Below are positions 1-13,028 of a DNA stretch of 64,000 bases, one piece after another. The first letter of the stretch is position 1. Every line of letters begins with the position of its first letter. The notes below the pieces were generated by a model. The model was not told the origin of the DNA. It saw nothing but the letters and a program-made list of their open reading frames with translations, and ran no database searches. A program made the position numbers and the translations under genes. Source of the stretch: Mobula hypostoma (taxonomy: Eukaryota). The stretch lies in NCBI RefSeq assembly GCF_963921235.1, contig NC_086107.1, positions 99,264,001-99,328,000 on the forward strand, read 5' to 3'.

Positions 1-2464
1 AAAATCGTCTGAGAAAACCAAAAAAAGGTAGTTGGAGCATTAAGCTCTTTCCAATGTTGTAAAATACATCTTTTCGCCATTAAAGTAAGAAATGCAATCA
101 TTCTACGGGCTGAAGGGGAAAGATTACTAGAAATTTTAGGTAGTCCAAAGATAGCAGTAATAGGGTGAGGAGAGATATCTATATTTAATACCTTAGAAAT
201 AATATTGAAAATATCTCTCCAAAAAGTTTCCAAAGTAGGGCAAGACCAAAACATATGAGTTAAAGAGGCTATCTGCCCCGAACATCTATCACAGAAAGGA
301 TTAATATGCGAATAAAAACGCGCTAACTTATCTTTGGACATATGTGCTCTATGAACCACTTTAAATTGAATTAGGGAATGTTTAGCACAAATAGAGGAAG
401 TATTAACTAATTGTAAAATCTGCCCCCAATCATCCACAGAAATGGTAAGCCCCAATTCCTGTTCCCAATCTACCCTAATCTTATCAAATGGAGCTTTCCT
501 AAGTTTCATAATAATATTATAAATCATAGCCGATGCACCTTTCTGACATGGATTAAGGTTAATTATCGAATCTAAAATATATATAGGAGGAAGCATTGGA
601 AAGGAAGAAAGTATAGTACTTAGGAAATTTCTAACTTGTAAATATCTAAAAAAATGTATTCTTGATAAGTTATATTTATTAGATAATTGTTCAAAAGACA
701 TAAGGGAACCATCTAAAAATAAATCCAAAAACCGTAAAATACCCTTAGTCTTCCAAGTTTGAAAAGCGCGATCCGTAAAAGAGGGAGGAAAAAATATGTT
801 ACCTAAAATAGGAATCGCTAACCCGAATTGATTAAGATCAAAAAATTTTCTGAATTGAAACCAAATGCGCAAAGCATATTTAACTATCGGGTTAGAGACC
901 TGCTTAAGACGTTTCGAATCAAAAGGAAGAGAGGAACCTAAAATAGAACCAAGTGTATAACCCTGAACAGATTGTAATTCCAATGCTACCCATTTAGGAA
1001 TAGATAGTATGTCCCGGTCAAGTAACCAAAATTTCATATGTCGAATATTAATAGCCCAATAATAAAATCTAAAGTTAGGTAATGCTAAACCTCCATCTCT
1101 CTTAGCTTTCTGTAAATGTATTTTACCCAGTCTCGGATTCTTATTCTGCCAAATAAATGAAGAAATTTTAGAGTCAACTTTATCAAAAAAAGATTTAGGA
1201 ACGAAAATTGGTAATGCCTGAAACACATATAAAAATTTTGGCAAAAAAAACATCTTAACTGCATTAATACGACCAATCAAAGTTAAATATAAGGGAAACC
1301 ATTTAGATGAAAGTTGAGTAATATGGTCTATTAATGGTAAAAAGTTAGTCTTAAATAAATCTTTATGTTTACAAGTAATTTTAATCCCAAGATATGAAAA
1401 GTAATTATTAATCAATTTAAATGGAAATTTATAATATAAGGGAAGATGTTTATTAATCGGAAAAAGTTCACTCTTACTAAGATTTAATTTATAACCTGAG
1501 AAAAGACCAAATTGCGCTAATAACTCTAAAACAGCAGGAATGGATCTCTCAGGATTAGAAATATATAAAAGTAAATCATCAGCATAGAGTGATAATTTAT
1601 GGGACTTTAATCCCCGAGTTATCCCAGTAATATTTGAAGATTCTCGAATAGCAATCGCAAGAGGTTCTAATGCAATATCAAATAATAGGGGACTAAGAGG
1701 ACAGCCTTGTCGAGTACCACGAAAGAGAGGAAAAAAAGGTGAGTTTAAGGAGTTAGTACGAACCGAGGCTACAGGGGAGTGATATAACAGTTTAATCCAG
1801 GATATAAATTTCAAGCTAAAATTAAACATTTCAAGCACCTTAAATAAATAAGGCCATTCTACTCTATCAAAAGCTTTCTCGGCATCTAAAGAAATAACAC
1901 ACTCAGGAACATTTTGTGAGGGAGTATAAACGATATTTAACAATGTACGAATATTATAAAAAGAGTAACGACCTTTAATAAAACCCGTTTGGTCTTCCGA
2001 AATAATAGAAGGAAGTACTTTTTCTAGTCTATTTGCTAATAACTTAGAAAAAACTTTAGAATCAACATTTAATAAAGATATTGGTCTATAAGATGCACAT
2101 TGAGCAGGGTCTTTATCCTTCTTTAGTATTAAAGAAATTGATGCTCTATTAAAAGATTCCGGAAGTTTACCAAGTTTCAAAGAAGCCTCAAAAACCTTAT
2201 AGAGCCAAGGAATCAATAAAGAAGCAAAACATTTATAAAATTCAACGGTAAACCCATCAGGGCCAGGAGCTTTCCCCAGATTCATAGAAAAAATAACATT
2301 CTTAATCTCATCCATTGTAATGGAAGTATCTAATAAAGAAGACATATCCTGTGAAATCTGAGGGAAGTCTAACTTATCTAAAAAATCATTCATATATTTA
2401 GAATCTCGAGGAGACTCTGATTGATATAAAGAAGAATAAAAATCACAAAAGGTTTGATTAATCC
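1..2464 (-). mobile_element. 5'-truncated L1-clade LINE, ORF2 (RT plus C-terminal CCHC), running off the left edge
   Basis: One minus frame gives INQTFCDFYSSLY, KAPGPDGFTVEFYK, YRPISLLNVDSK, SLDAEKAFDRVEW, RGTRQGCPLSPLLF, KLSLYADD, GRINAVKM and CDRCSGQIASLTHMFWSCP. Frame checked at 2273, 1583, 1274 and 5. Confidence 0.93.
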
Positions 2465-2629
2465 TGAATTTATCAATTTCAGATTATCTACCTGCTGGTA
2501 AATTTACACCTCTTGGCCATCTATTTCTTCATTTAATTGACCCTTTCTCACTTAATGTCTCTCTTTCTAACCTCAACCTGGACCTTCCCTTTCATTCCTT
2601 TCTCTCTTCAACATCCATTTTTGCCCACT

Positions 2630-3465
2630 ACTTTGATCAGTTAAAAAGATGGACTGAGTAACGGCAAATGGATTTCAACTTGGATAAGTGTGAGATAATG
2701 ATTTTTGGACTTTCAAACCAAGGTAGGACCTGTACAGTAAATGCGAGGCACTGATGAGTGTTGTCGAACAGAGGGATCAGCGCACAGTTCATCAGAAGTC
2801 CAATTGCACTTTCCCAAGGAGGTACTCCCACAATTTCCAAGGTGGTAAAGAAAGCATTTAGCATGCTCACCTTCGTCAGTCAGAGCATTGAATTTAGGAG
2901 TAGGCGTATTAAGTTGCTGTTATACAAGTCAATGGTGGGAATGCTTTTGTAGTATTGTATACAGTTTAGGTCACCCTGTTATGGGAAAGACATTGTCAAG
3001 CTGGAGAGGGTGCAGAAGAAACTTATGAGGATATTGCCTAAAGTAGAAGGCCTGAGTGATAGGGAGAGGTTGTCCATACGGAATCTTTAGTCCCTGGTGC
3101 AGGAGAGTGAGAAGTGACAGTCTAAAAGTTTATAAATCATGAGGGGTATGGATAAAGTGAGTAGGCATAGTTTTTTCTCCCTGAGGGTTGGGGTCCAAAA
3201 TTAGGGTAAGAGAGAAAAGATCCAAGAGACCTGAGAGGGAGCAACTTTACACAGTTGGTAGTAAGTACCTTAAGTAGATGGGTACAATTGCAGCATTTAA
3301 CAGGCATTTGGATAAAAATGTGGAGGGGAAGGGCTTGGAGGATTATGAGCCAAACGCAGGCAGTTGAGGCTAGCAGGAAGGATGTGGGTTGGCATGGACC
3401 AGTTGGATTGAGGGACCAGTTGGGTTGAGGGGCCTGTTTTCATGCTGGATTACTCTAATGATTCC
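2630..3465 (+). mobile_element. Degraded CR1-clade LINE 3' fragment
   Basis: QMDFNLDKCEIMIFG, KVVKKAFSML..SQSIEFRS and LERVQKKLMRILP motifs with stops, followed by a CR1-type 3' end. Confidence 0.8.
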
Positions 3466-4294
3466 CCAAGTTTCTTTGCATCCTAAAGACTTAGAGGATC
3501 TAACATTTTCCCATTCTGATTACCTGAAAAGTTGCTTTTATTCTCTCAGAAGTGATCTGCTCTGCTAACTATTTCCAGCATTTCCACTTTGTTTGGGATT
3601 TCTGTACTTGCAGTATTTTGTAACAAAGAATAAAATGATGTGCTGTAGGATGGAAGGGGGGAGGAATAACAGACAAAAACATATTTGGCTGAGTGGTTCA
3701 CTAACACAGGTACCAGAGGCTGCTAAGAAGCCCCTTGACAATTTTCACTGCATTAAACCCACAATTCAAATACCAATTATTGTTACAAACATAGGCTCTG
3801 GTGCTGTGTTAATTATCTATTCTGCTCCCAGCCTTTGTAGATTTTGAGCTATTCGTTGTTTGTCTCTGCAGCTCCAGAATATTTCCAGATGTGCAAGCAA
3901 GTGTTCCTAGGAAGAGACGCGAAAACTTGTATTCTAGCTGGTAAAGTTCTAGACCATCAGACAGACAGTCCTATTACAATGGGTGCCTCGTGGCAAATCT
4001 GAAGATACAAGAGTGAAGGAATGGAATTGAATGGTGAGTGCTGATTTCTCATAAGGCATACGTAAATGGCGAAGACAGGAGAATGGGTTTAAGAGGGATA
4101 GTAAATCAGCTTTGATGGAATGGTGGAGCAGACTCATTGGGCCAAATGGCTTAATTCTTCTCCTATGTTTTGTGGTCTAACCTATTTAGCTTGGTAGAAG
4201 GTTCCTGTGTAAACCAGGGTTTGACTCTCTGTGAACTTGGGTTTCTTGTTTCTGGGGGAGGTTAAACTAGATTTTCAAGTTGTCAATAAATTTG

Positions 4295-4466
4295 CAACAC
4301 ACAACACGCTGGAGGAACTCAGCAGGTCGGGCAGCATCCGTAGTCCTGACGAAGGGTTCCGGCCCGAAATGTTGACTGATCCTTTCCACGGATGCTGCCC
4401 AACCTGCTGATTCCTCCAGCGTGTTGTGAGTGTTGCTTTGACCCCAGCATCTGCAGATTATTTTGT
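4295..4466. mobile_element. Penelope-derived palindromic element with hammerhead-like core
   Basis: Inverted arms at 4294-4341 and 4388-4436. Flanked by the 16-bp direct repeat GTTGTCAATAAATTTG (4279-4294, 4467-4482). The same arm sequence caps the GIY-YIG fragment at 18446-18964. Confidence 0.8.
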
Positions 4467-4621
4467 GTTGTCAATAAATTTGATAGGGTAAATTACAAAC
4501 AAAAGGCATTTGGGGAGGGAGAGGAAAAAAACTTTCAGTAGCATCTAGAGAATTGACATTTTAGGTCGATGACCTATGTTTTGATGAAGGGTAATTGTCT
4601 GGAAATGTTAACTCTTTATTA

Positions 4622-4701
4622 GAGGGGTCCCCAACCTTGGGTCCATGGACACCTTGCTTAATGGTTTTGGTCCATGGAATAAAAAATGTTAGGACCCCCT
4701 G
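4622..4701. mobile_element. Small hAT-type MITE
   Basis: Ends GAGGGGTCCCCAACC and TGTTAGGACCCCCTG. Flanking 8-mers CTTTATTA and CTTTAGTG match at 6 of 8 positions. Confidence 0.55.
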
Positions 4702-5304
4702 CTTTAGTGAATGCCATCTTTCCTGCTGAGTATTTTCTGTTGTTTTTTTTCTCAGAATTTCAAAATCTGCAGTATTTTGCTCCTGGGCTCCCTTTTTAAG
4801 GAGCTTCCTGAGAAAGGAAGATAAAGTATAACCCACAGCTAGAGCAGAATAGCGCAGAGTGACACAGGAGTCTGGGTTGAGGTCAGTGCAGTCATGCTAC
4901 ATTCCCAAGGGGAAGATTAGTCGATCCTCACTAATTACAAAAAGCTGACACTGGATATCTGGAGGGAATGCTGGGAATAGCATTATGTGAAGGGATTGTT
5001 TTATTTTCTTTGTAGAAAGGAGTGTGGTGAGATTTGAGGTTAAAGGGTATTGATAAAGTATTTAGGGAAATACTGGTTCCATTACCAGGTGAGCCAGTTA
5101 CCATGGGAACCAGATTTAAGATATTTGATAACAGAACCTGAAAGTGAAATGTAGAATGTTGAGTACTGAGTTGTGCTCAGGTGCGTTCTACCTGAAAAGC
5201 AGATTCAATAGTGAGACCAAGCGTTTAGCACCATAACAGGGCTGGCACAGTCACAGTGGACAATATGGCCTTCCATGCCACACAGTTTTGTTACTAAATT
5301 GTTC

Positions 5305-6030
5305 AGAATCAGGTTTAATATCGCTAACACGTGTCATGGAATTTGTTGCCTTTGTGGCAGCAAACAATACAATACATAATAGGAAAAGACACCTCTGAAT
5401 TACAGTAGGTATATATATTAAATATTTAAATTAATTAAGTGCAAAAATAGAAATAAAAAAAAGTAGTGACGTAATGTTTGTGGGTTGGATGTCCATTCAG
5501 AAATCAGACGGCAGAGTGGAAGAAGCTGTTCCTGAATTGTTGAATATAAGCCTTCAGGCTTCTGTACCTACTGTCTGATGGTAGCAATGAGAACAAGGCA
5601 TGACCTGGGCAATGAGGGTCCTAAATGATGGACACTGCCTTTTTGAGGCACTGTTCCTTAAAGATGTCTTGGATACTACAGAGGCTAGTAGCCATGATAG
5701 AGGTGACTAAGTTTACAACTCTCAGCAGCTTATTTCGGTCCCGTGCAGTACCCACCCCCCATATCAGATGGTGATGCGGCCAGTTAGAATGTTCTCCACG
5801 GTACATCAGTAGAAATTTGCGAGTGTCTTAGGTGACATACTAAACCTCAAACTCCTAATGAAATATAGCCACTGTTGTGCCTTCTTTGAGGCTGCATCGA
5901 TATGTTGGGTCCTGGTCAGATCCTCAGAGGTGTTGACACCCAGGAACTTGAAATTTCTCACTCTTTCCACTTTGGATCCCTCTGGGAGGATTGGTGCATG
6001 TTCCCTCATCTTACCCTTTCTGAACTCCTA
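5305..6030 (-). mobile_element. Rex1/Babar-type LINE 3' fragment
   Basis: ORFs 5806-6009 (VERVRNFKFLGVNTSEDLT..KKAQQWLYF) and 5621-5806 (ARDRNKLLRVV..CLKKAVSII). Confidence 0.8.
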
Positions 6031-7994
6031 AAGTTCTGAAGTTATTGAAGGTTCCATGGGAAGCAGCCATTTTGGGAGATGTTGTCATGGATGCAGAGCG
6101 AGAATCATGTTTATTATTAATGAACAAGAAAATTTGCAGAGGCTAGAAATCAAAGTAACACACACAAAATGCTGGAGGAACTCAGCAAGCCAGGCAGCAT
6201 CTACGGGAAAGAGTCACCATTATTATTACTGGAATATGTTGTCAAGATGTGTCATACAGTGTGGGAATCATGGGTGGCAGGGGTTTTACTAGAATAGAGT
6301 ACAGTTCCAAGGCACAATGCAGTTCAGACATGAATTTATTTTAAAAAACTTCCTCGACAAACACGTCCATAACGGAAAACAGCAAACCTCAAGAGTGTGA
6401 GATCACTGTGCTTTGGCCAAACCAAAAAATTCCAAACAATATAAAGACAACTGCTATGAGCCCGCATTTTGGTATTGAAGAGGTTGCTATTATTAAATAA
6501 CAGAATGTGATTCTGTCCTCCATGACTCTAGTAGTCAACTGAACAGTTGATATTAACGTGGGTAATATTTTTAGGTTGGGCATGAAGGAATATACAGCCG
6601 AGGCAGGCAAGTGGTGTTAAGTAGAAACCAGCTAATGGCATGATGGTACATCCTGGTGGTATAATGTGAAATCTGAAAGATTTCAGAATCAGTGGAGCAT
6701 AAACACCTGGAGAAACCCAACAAAATGAAGGTTGAGGAGATGAACTTTTGTAAACTGTCGAAGCATTGGCAGATTGGGTGCTGAGATATGTCACAAGCTT
6801 GGATGCTAGAGGGAAGTTGGTAGGGAAATGGAACTGATGCGTTGGAAGGTCAGAAGCTATTTCATAAGAAAATAACACATGACGGGTTACAAGCTGAGAA
6901 TTAAAATATGTCTGCAGGGAATTTCCTGAGTGAGACAGAGCAGCATATGAATAAATTGGCAGGAATGATGAAAAGTATGTAACGAATGTTGGGAGTGGAG
7001 TGGGGTGGGGGGAGCATTAGTGTCAGGGTGAGTGCCTTTTCCTGTATGAATGGGCTTTGGATTGGGGAGGATTGGACGGGAGGGTAAAGCAGAAAGCATC
7101 TGTTGAAGAATACAAATACTGTTCCTCCAGTCAGCAAGTGGTTCAAGCTCGATGTGTTCTGGCAAGTGTGAATATACTGTACATTCTTCCTGTCCCAGAA
7201 TATGTAGTGCACAGCCTTTGAGTGTAACTTCTGACATGTTTGAGTTTATCTACTATCCGAGCAAAAGTTGCAAGTCTGTGGAAAATCTCTCTCAGCCTTG
7301 TGCTTCTCCTCTGTTCTCTACCTGTCCCCATGAATCCCACCTCTCTGTTTGGATACCTCTGTTCTTGAGCAGGGACTTTGAGTGTTGGGAGACAACATTA
7401 GCTGGATCTGACTTGGCTTCTATGTTGACCCACTCAGATCGCGCTCAATTGTAGGAGTCCCTATAATGTTGAGCTCCTATTCCCTGATTGCCTTCTGGAC
7501 ATAAGCACCATTTCAGCCTTTTTTATTCCAAAATTGTGCTTTGTCTGTAGTTTATGCAGTAAAAGCAATTGAGATGTGTTTTTCTGTGTGATTATGGTAT
7601 CATCAATTCAATACTTCCTCTAAAAAGAACATTTGAGCTGTAGTTTATTTCAGGGTGGTATGGGGCAGGGATGAGGATATTAGAAAAAGAAGCAGGAATA
7701 CACATGCATCTGCTCCACCTTTCATTAAGGTTATGGCTAATCTTTTACTATTGTACAATTTCCCCACACTAATTCATAAACCTTGATAATTTTAATATGT
7801 ATATATCTATTAATCTGACCAGAACGCGCTCATGGTTCCACAGCCCTCTAGGTCGACCCTTGCAAAAGTCTTGTCCTGTATCTGTCCTGAATGCCCAGCC
7901 TCTTACTTTGAGGATCTTCTCTAGTTTTTGACACCAGCCTAGAGAAATTTCACTGCTCCCTGCATCTCCCTTGGTCTCTTTAAGAATTTTCGAA

Positions 7995-8530
7995 CATAGA
8001 AAAGTACAGCACAGGAACAGGCCATTCACCCACTGTGTTGTCCCATACCAGCTAAAAAGCAAATCAAAAACATCCAACACTAATCCCTCCTACCCTCACA
8101 ATGTCCATATCCCTCCACCGTCCTTACGTCCATGTGCCTATCCAAACATCTCTTTATAACCTCTGATGTACTTGTCTCTACCATGGTACCAGGCAGCGCG
8201 GTCCAGGCATCCACAACTCTCAAAGTAAAAAAATTTAACCTGCCACATCTCCCTTGAACCTACCCCTTCTTACCTTCATTGTGTGCCCTCTAGTATTAGG
8301 CTTTTCAGCCTTGGGAAACAGACACACCCCATTTACTCTATGCCTCTCATAATATTATAAACCTCTATCAGATCTCCCCTCAGCCTCCGACACTCCAGAG
8401 AAAACAGCCCAAGTTTATCCAGCCTCTCATGATGGCACATGCCCTCTAAGCCAGACAGCATCCTCTTCTGCACCCTCTCCAAAGCGTCAAGTTGCAACAA
8501 AACCTCTTGACTTTTGAACTCATTGCCTCG
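7995..8530 (-). mobile_element. CR1 LINE 3' fragment
   Basis: GAACATAGAAAAGTACAGCACAGGAACAGGCC tail, followed by CR1 C-terminal coding sequence on the minus strand. Confidence 0.7.
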
Positions 8531-9573
8531 ACATTTGTATGTCTTAATGAACTCAATCTTATTCCATAAATCTTTCTAGGGTATAGATCTAGTTCCTTTT
8601 AATCTCTTGCTGTACAATAAACTGCCCATTTCAGGAATCAGTCTGGTGAAACTTTGTTCCACTCTTATCATAAGCATATCCTTACCCTGAGTAAGGAGAG
8701 CAGACTGATACACAGTTTGCTAGAGGATTTTGGTAGAATGCACTGTTTACCTTCTAATTACTTGTTGTGTCTGTGTGTTAAACAAGGACTTTCACACATG
8801 TCCCTCTGCATGCTTATTTTTTTCAGTCTCTCACCATTCAAATGCTCTGATTTTCTATTATTTTTCTCCAAGGATAGAATAGAATAAGGAAAAATGTGAG
8901 GTCACATGTTTTAATAGAAACAAAGAAAAGAATCTAGCATTTCAATGAGAGATTGAAATGTGTTGGTGAAACTCAAGTGTGTTAGAGAACAAATCATTTT
9001 TAAATTATCATGCTTGTGCAGTAAGCAATACCTTTTGCTAATTTTTTCCATTTTGTTTATCTATAGAAACTTCCATAGTCTGTTATTTTTCTGTTTCTCA
9101 CTAGATCATTCGTATTCTTTTCCCCTTATCAGTGTCTTGGTGTTCTTTGCTGATTTTGCTTCCGGACTATGAGCAAATTGTTCAGGAGCCAAGAATTGGC
9201 CTTCACTCTGACCATGAGTGCTCAGTCTGTTTCTAACCTTCAACACAGTTTTATTTTGAAAACGTGAGCTTATTTGTAAAATTGGACAATTATGAATGGA
9301 CCTGAATATAATGCTAGGATTTTTATTAATTTCTCAATCAGCATTCAATAAATGTTATTAATTGTAGCTTGCAATAAATACTGTAAGTCACCCTATGGAG
9401 TTAATGATTACCCCTTGCACTGAATACACTGTGCAGGTGTGCCAACTGACCCTTGCTTTGAGTAAATAGCCGATCTTTACCGATGCATAGTGAGCAAGTC
9501 TGCTGAATGAAGTTACTGGGGCATGCCCCCTGAATAAACAGTGCCTGTGTAAAATCAAGGTATGTCAACCTTA

Positions 9574-9730
9574 GACACAAGAAATTTTGCAGATGCTGGA
9601 AATCCTGAGCAACGCACACAAAATGCTAGAGGAACTCAGCAGGTCAGGCAGCATCTATGGAAAAGAATGAATGAATAATCTGGTTCCATAGATGCTGCCT
9701 GACCTGCTGAGTTCCTCCAGCAGTTTGTTT
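9574..9730. mobile_element. Penelope-derived palindromic element
   Basis: Inverted arms GAGGAACTCAGCAGGTCAGGCAGCATCTATGG and CCATAGATGCTGCCTGACCTGCTGAGTTCCTC. The ribozyme-like centre is absent. Confidence 0.75.
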
Positions 9731-10384
9731 GGTAAATTTGCCTACTCTCATCTTTTGCAAAGCTAACCTAAGTTACAGAAAACCCATGTAAGAGAGTTGT
9801 GCCTTTTTAATGTATTTATATGTTGTCTGTGTGTGACACTGGCTGGGCAGAATTCATTGTCCTTCCCTCTACAATGAGTTGTATTTCAGAGGGAATTACA
9901 TCTGGTGCCACAAAAGGAAAAGATTCCTACTTCGAATCACTTTGAATCAGAGGAGCCTTAATGTTAATTATGTTCACTATTGCTGAAACTTTTTTGATGC
10001 AGGTATATTTAATTAAATTTAGATTCCATCACTGTTGTGGGATGGACCTCATTTCTGATCAATTTTACAGGACTCTAGATTCTATACCATACAGTCATAC
10101 TTGATGTTTTGTTTTCCTGCTTGCTTCATCCATTTGACTTATTTGCCAGCGCCTACTCCTCAGCAAATTTTGAATCTTGGTCCCAATTATCCACTCCCAT
10201 TATCTCAGATTTCTACCCTCTCCCCATTTTCTATTACCCTCCCTACCCTTGCCCTGGTTTAGGAGTTAGTGACCATGAATTTTAAGAGCATAAGTCACAG
10301 GGGCAGGGAAATACCATTCGTCCCCTTGATACTGCTCTACCATTCAAGGTAATGGTTGAATTCCTACTTTAAAACCATTTCCTG

Positions 10385-10955
10385 TCCTTGCAAGGAATGT
10401 AGAGCACAAGAATAGGAAAGTTTTGAAGCAACTTGCTGCAGTTGAGACAGAAGACAGACTTGGTCTCCATATTTAAGGAAGGATACACTGGCGATGGAGA
10501 GCAGGTTCACTGCTACTTGCTGAGTAAAAGGGTTGGCATATGAAGTGTGACCAACTTGAATCTGTAGTCATTTGTATTTGGAAGAATGAAGGGTGACCTT
10601 ATTGAAGTACCAGATTTTGATGGGGGGAGGGGGGATTAAGAGTAGATGAAGGGACTGGCGGAGGATGCTTCCCCCAGCGGCATACCTAGAATGGAATAAC
10701 TTATTTTCAGAATAAGGAATCGCCCATTTAACAGAGATATGGAGAAATTTCTTCTGCGGGTTGTGACTCAGAACTGTGGAGACAGAATCATTGAATATGT
10801 TCAAAGTGGAGGGACTGGTGTATTTGATCTACAAGGGAGCTGGGGCATATGGAAAAAGCTGGAGGTAGTGTTAAGGCCAGAATACATTGGCCTTGATTTC
10901 ATTGAATACTGGAGCAGGCTGAGCAACTGATTGATCTACACCTGTTTCTTATGCA
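10385..10955 (+). mobile_element. Degraded CR1 LINE 3' fragment
   Basis: Degenerate WSPYLRKDTLAME and RMKGDLIEV motifs and a CR1-type 3' end. Confidence 0.65.
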
Positions 10956-11689
10956 TTAAATCTGGGAGCCAAATATTCAACGTTTAGGAAGGGTGTAAAA
11001 TGGAAAAGGGGGTTGATAAGGGATGGCATCGATAGATTAGTTGAAAGGGAACTTGGCGTGGTAGATGATAGCTAGAGTTAGAATCAGTTTAGGTGGAGCT
11101 ATGATTCGGCAGGGGACAGAAATCGTTGGTGGAAATTGCTTGTGGCCTCCAGTTAGTGGTTGTGTTGCAGGGCACAGTATAAAAATATCATTCTGCAGAG
11201 GGATCCCTCAAAGTATCCTCATAATATGATAGAGTTTGCATGTAGTGCAAAAGTGGTTTTCGCCTGGGCTTTCTGTCTCAGCCAGCAAAGATTTGAGGGG
11301 CTCGCTGGCTGTCTTGGAATAGAAACCCACATTAAAGTATATGTTATTGAACAGCCATAGCAGATGTTTTTTCTTAAAATACAATTGAACGAATGTGCAT
11401 TCCTTTAACTCACAAAGACACAACATTGGTTCAACCATGGGCTGTAGAGAAAATTAAATCTAAGGAAAAAGTATTGCAGAGCTACCGGAATAAACAGTAA
11501 GCCTGAAAATTGGCAGGATTTTGGAATTCTGCAAAAGAGGAACAAGAAATTATAAAGAAAGGGAAAATAGAATGAGAATAAATTGAAAAACTTCAGTTCT
11601 TGGACTCGCCACTTTTAGAATCATAGCGTCGCACAGCTCAGAAACAGGCCCTGTGACCCAACATCAACCACCCATTTTCACTAAATCCA

Positions 11690-11945
11690 CAGTAGTGTAG
11701 TGGTTAGCACAACTCTTTACAGTACCAACGATCCGGGTTCATTTCCTGACGCTGTCTGTAAGGGAGTTTGTATGTTCTCCCTGTGACCGCGTGGTTTCAC
11801 TCTGGGTGCTCAAGTTTCTTCTCACAGTCTAAAGATGCATCGGTTATAAGGTTAATTGTAAATTGGGCTGGGGTTAAATTGGGGGTTGCTGGGCAGCACG
11901 GCTGGAAGGGTCTATTCCACGCTGTATCTCAGTAAATAAATAAGT
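11690..11945 (+). mobile_element. tRNA-derived V-SINE
   Basis: A box GTGTAGTGGTTAG, B box GGGTTCATTTCC, V-domain GAGTTTGTATGTTCTCCCTGTGACCGCGTGG..CAGTCTAAAGA and a (TAAA)n tail. Confidence 0.8.
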
Positions 11946-13028
11946 AAACAGGCTTTCCCATCAACACCCCCAGACTCTACCACTCACTTCACTCTAAACC
12001 AAGATACAGCAGTCAGCTAACATGCCGAGCTGCAGTTCTAGGGAACGTGGGAAGAAATTAAAACATGGGTCACGGAGAGAACGTGCACGCTCCACACAGG
12101 CAGAATCTGAGGTGTGATTGAACCTCAGATGAGTTGTTTCTGTAACTGATCTATTGTACTGCCTGCTGGCAACTTCATAAACCTTTCCCTTGGATTTGAT
12201 AATATTTTACTTGTGAATGCATACATCAGCTCTTTTTACTATTTATTTTTTGTACCCAAGGGAAAGTATATTTGGTGCAATTATGCATTATTTCTCTAAA
12301 TGCCAGCCATTACCCATTAATGTTGTTCTCCCAATTTACCTTAACCAACCTGGCCTTAACACTTGGAAAATTAAAAAAAAAACAAGTACAGATGCTGGAA
12401 AGCTGAACTCAACAGAAGTTGCTGGGATACTCAATAAGTCAAGCAGTATCTGTGGAGACAGAGAAACAATTTGCATTCCAAGACATTGATGCTTATCACA
12501 ACAGTCTGCTAGCTATTTCAAGCACTTTTTGTTCATTCTTTTGTTTCTTAGTTTCACATTGAACTGCACCATGTACAGACAAGGTTAAATTTTCTTTTAC
12601 TATGGTTAATCTTTCCTAGTGGCTGCTTTATAAATGACTTTTAATTAATTGTACAGGGACAAGATCTAAAATGGCCAGTTTCCTAGTTGGTTCTTCAAAC
12701 TAAAACCCATCTCTTATTACAATGCAGGAGTTTATCTACTTTCTTAGTAATAGTTTGATTTTCTCCGTATGTAAGTTGAGTCTCCTATGATTACTGGGGC
12801 CCCAGTTAGTTCCCTGACTTCTATCCTGCATTACAATAACTATTTAGAGGGCTACAAACAGCCTACACTCTGCTGCTTAGCTGTGATTATCCCTGCCCTA
12901 GGGAAATGATTCTTGCTCCATGTCTCTGGGTACTCTGGATATTGCCGATACTTATTTTTGTTTAACAATCTCGACTCTGCTTGATTTCTGCAGAACCTGC
13001 TGGGGTACGAACCGTGCAACACCGCAGC

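Noticed and set aside
6560..7440. ORF cluster or very old Penelope remnant
   Set aside because: There is only a faint resemblance to Penelope coding sequence; it is too degraded to support a call.
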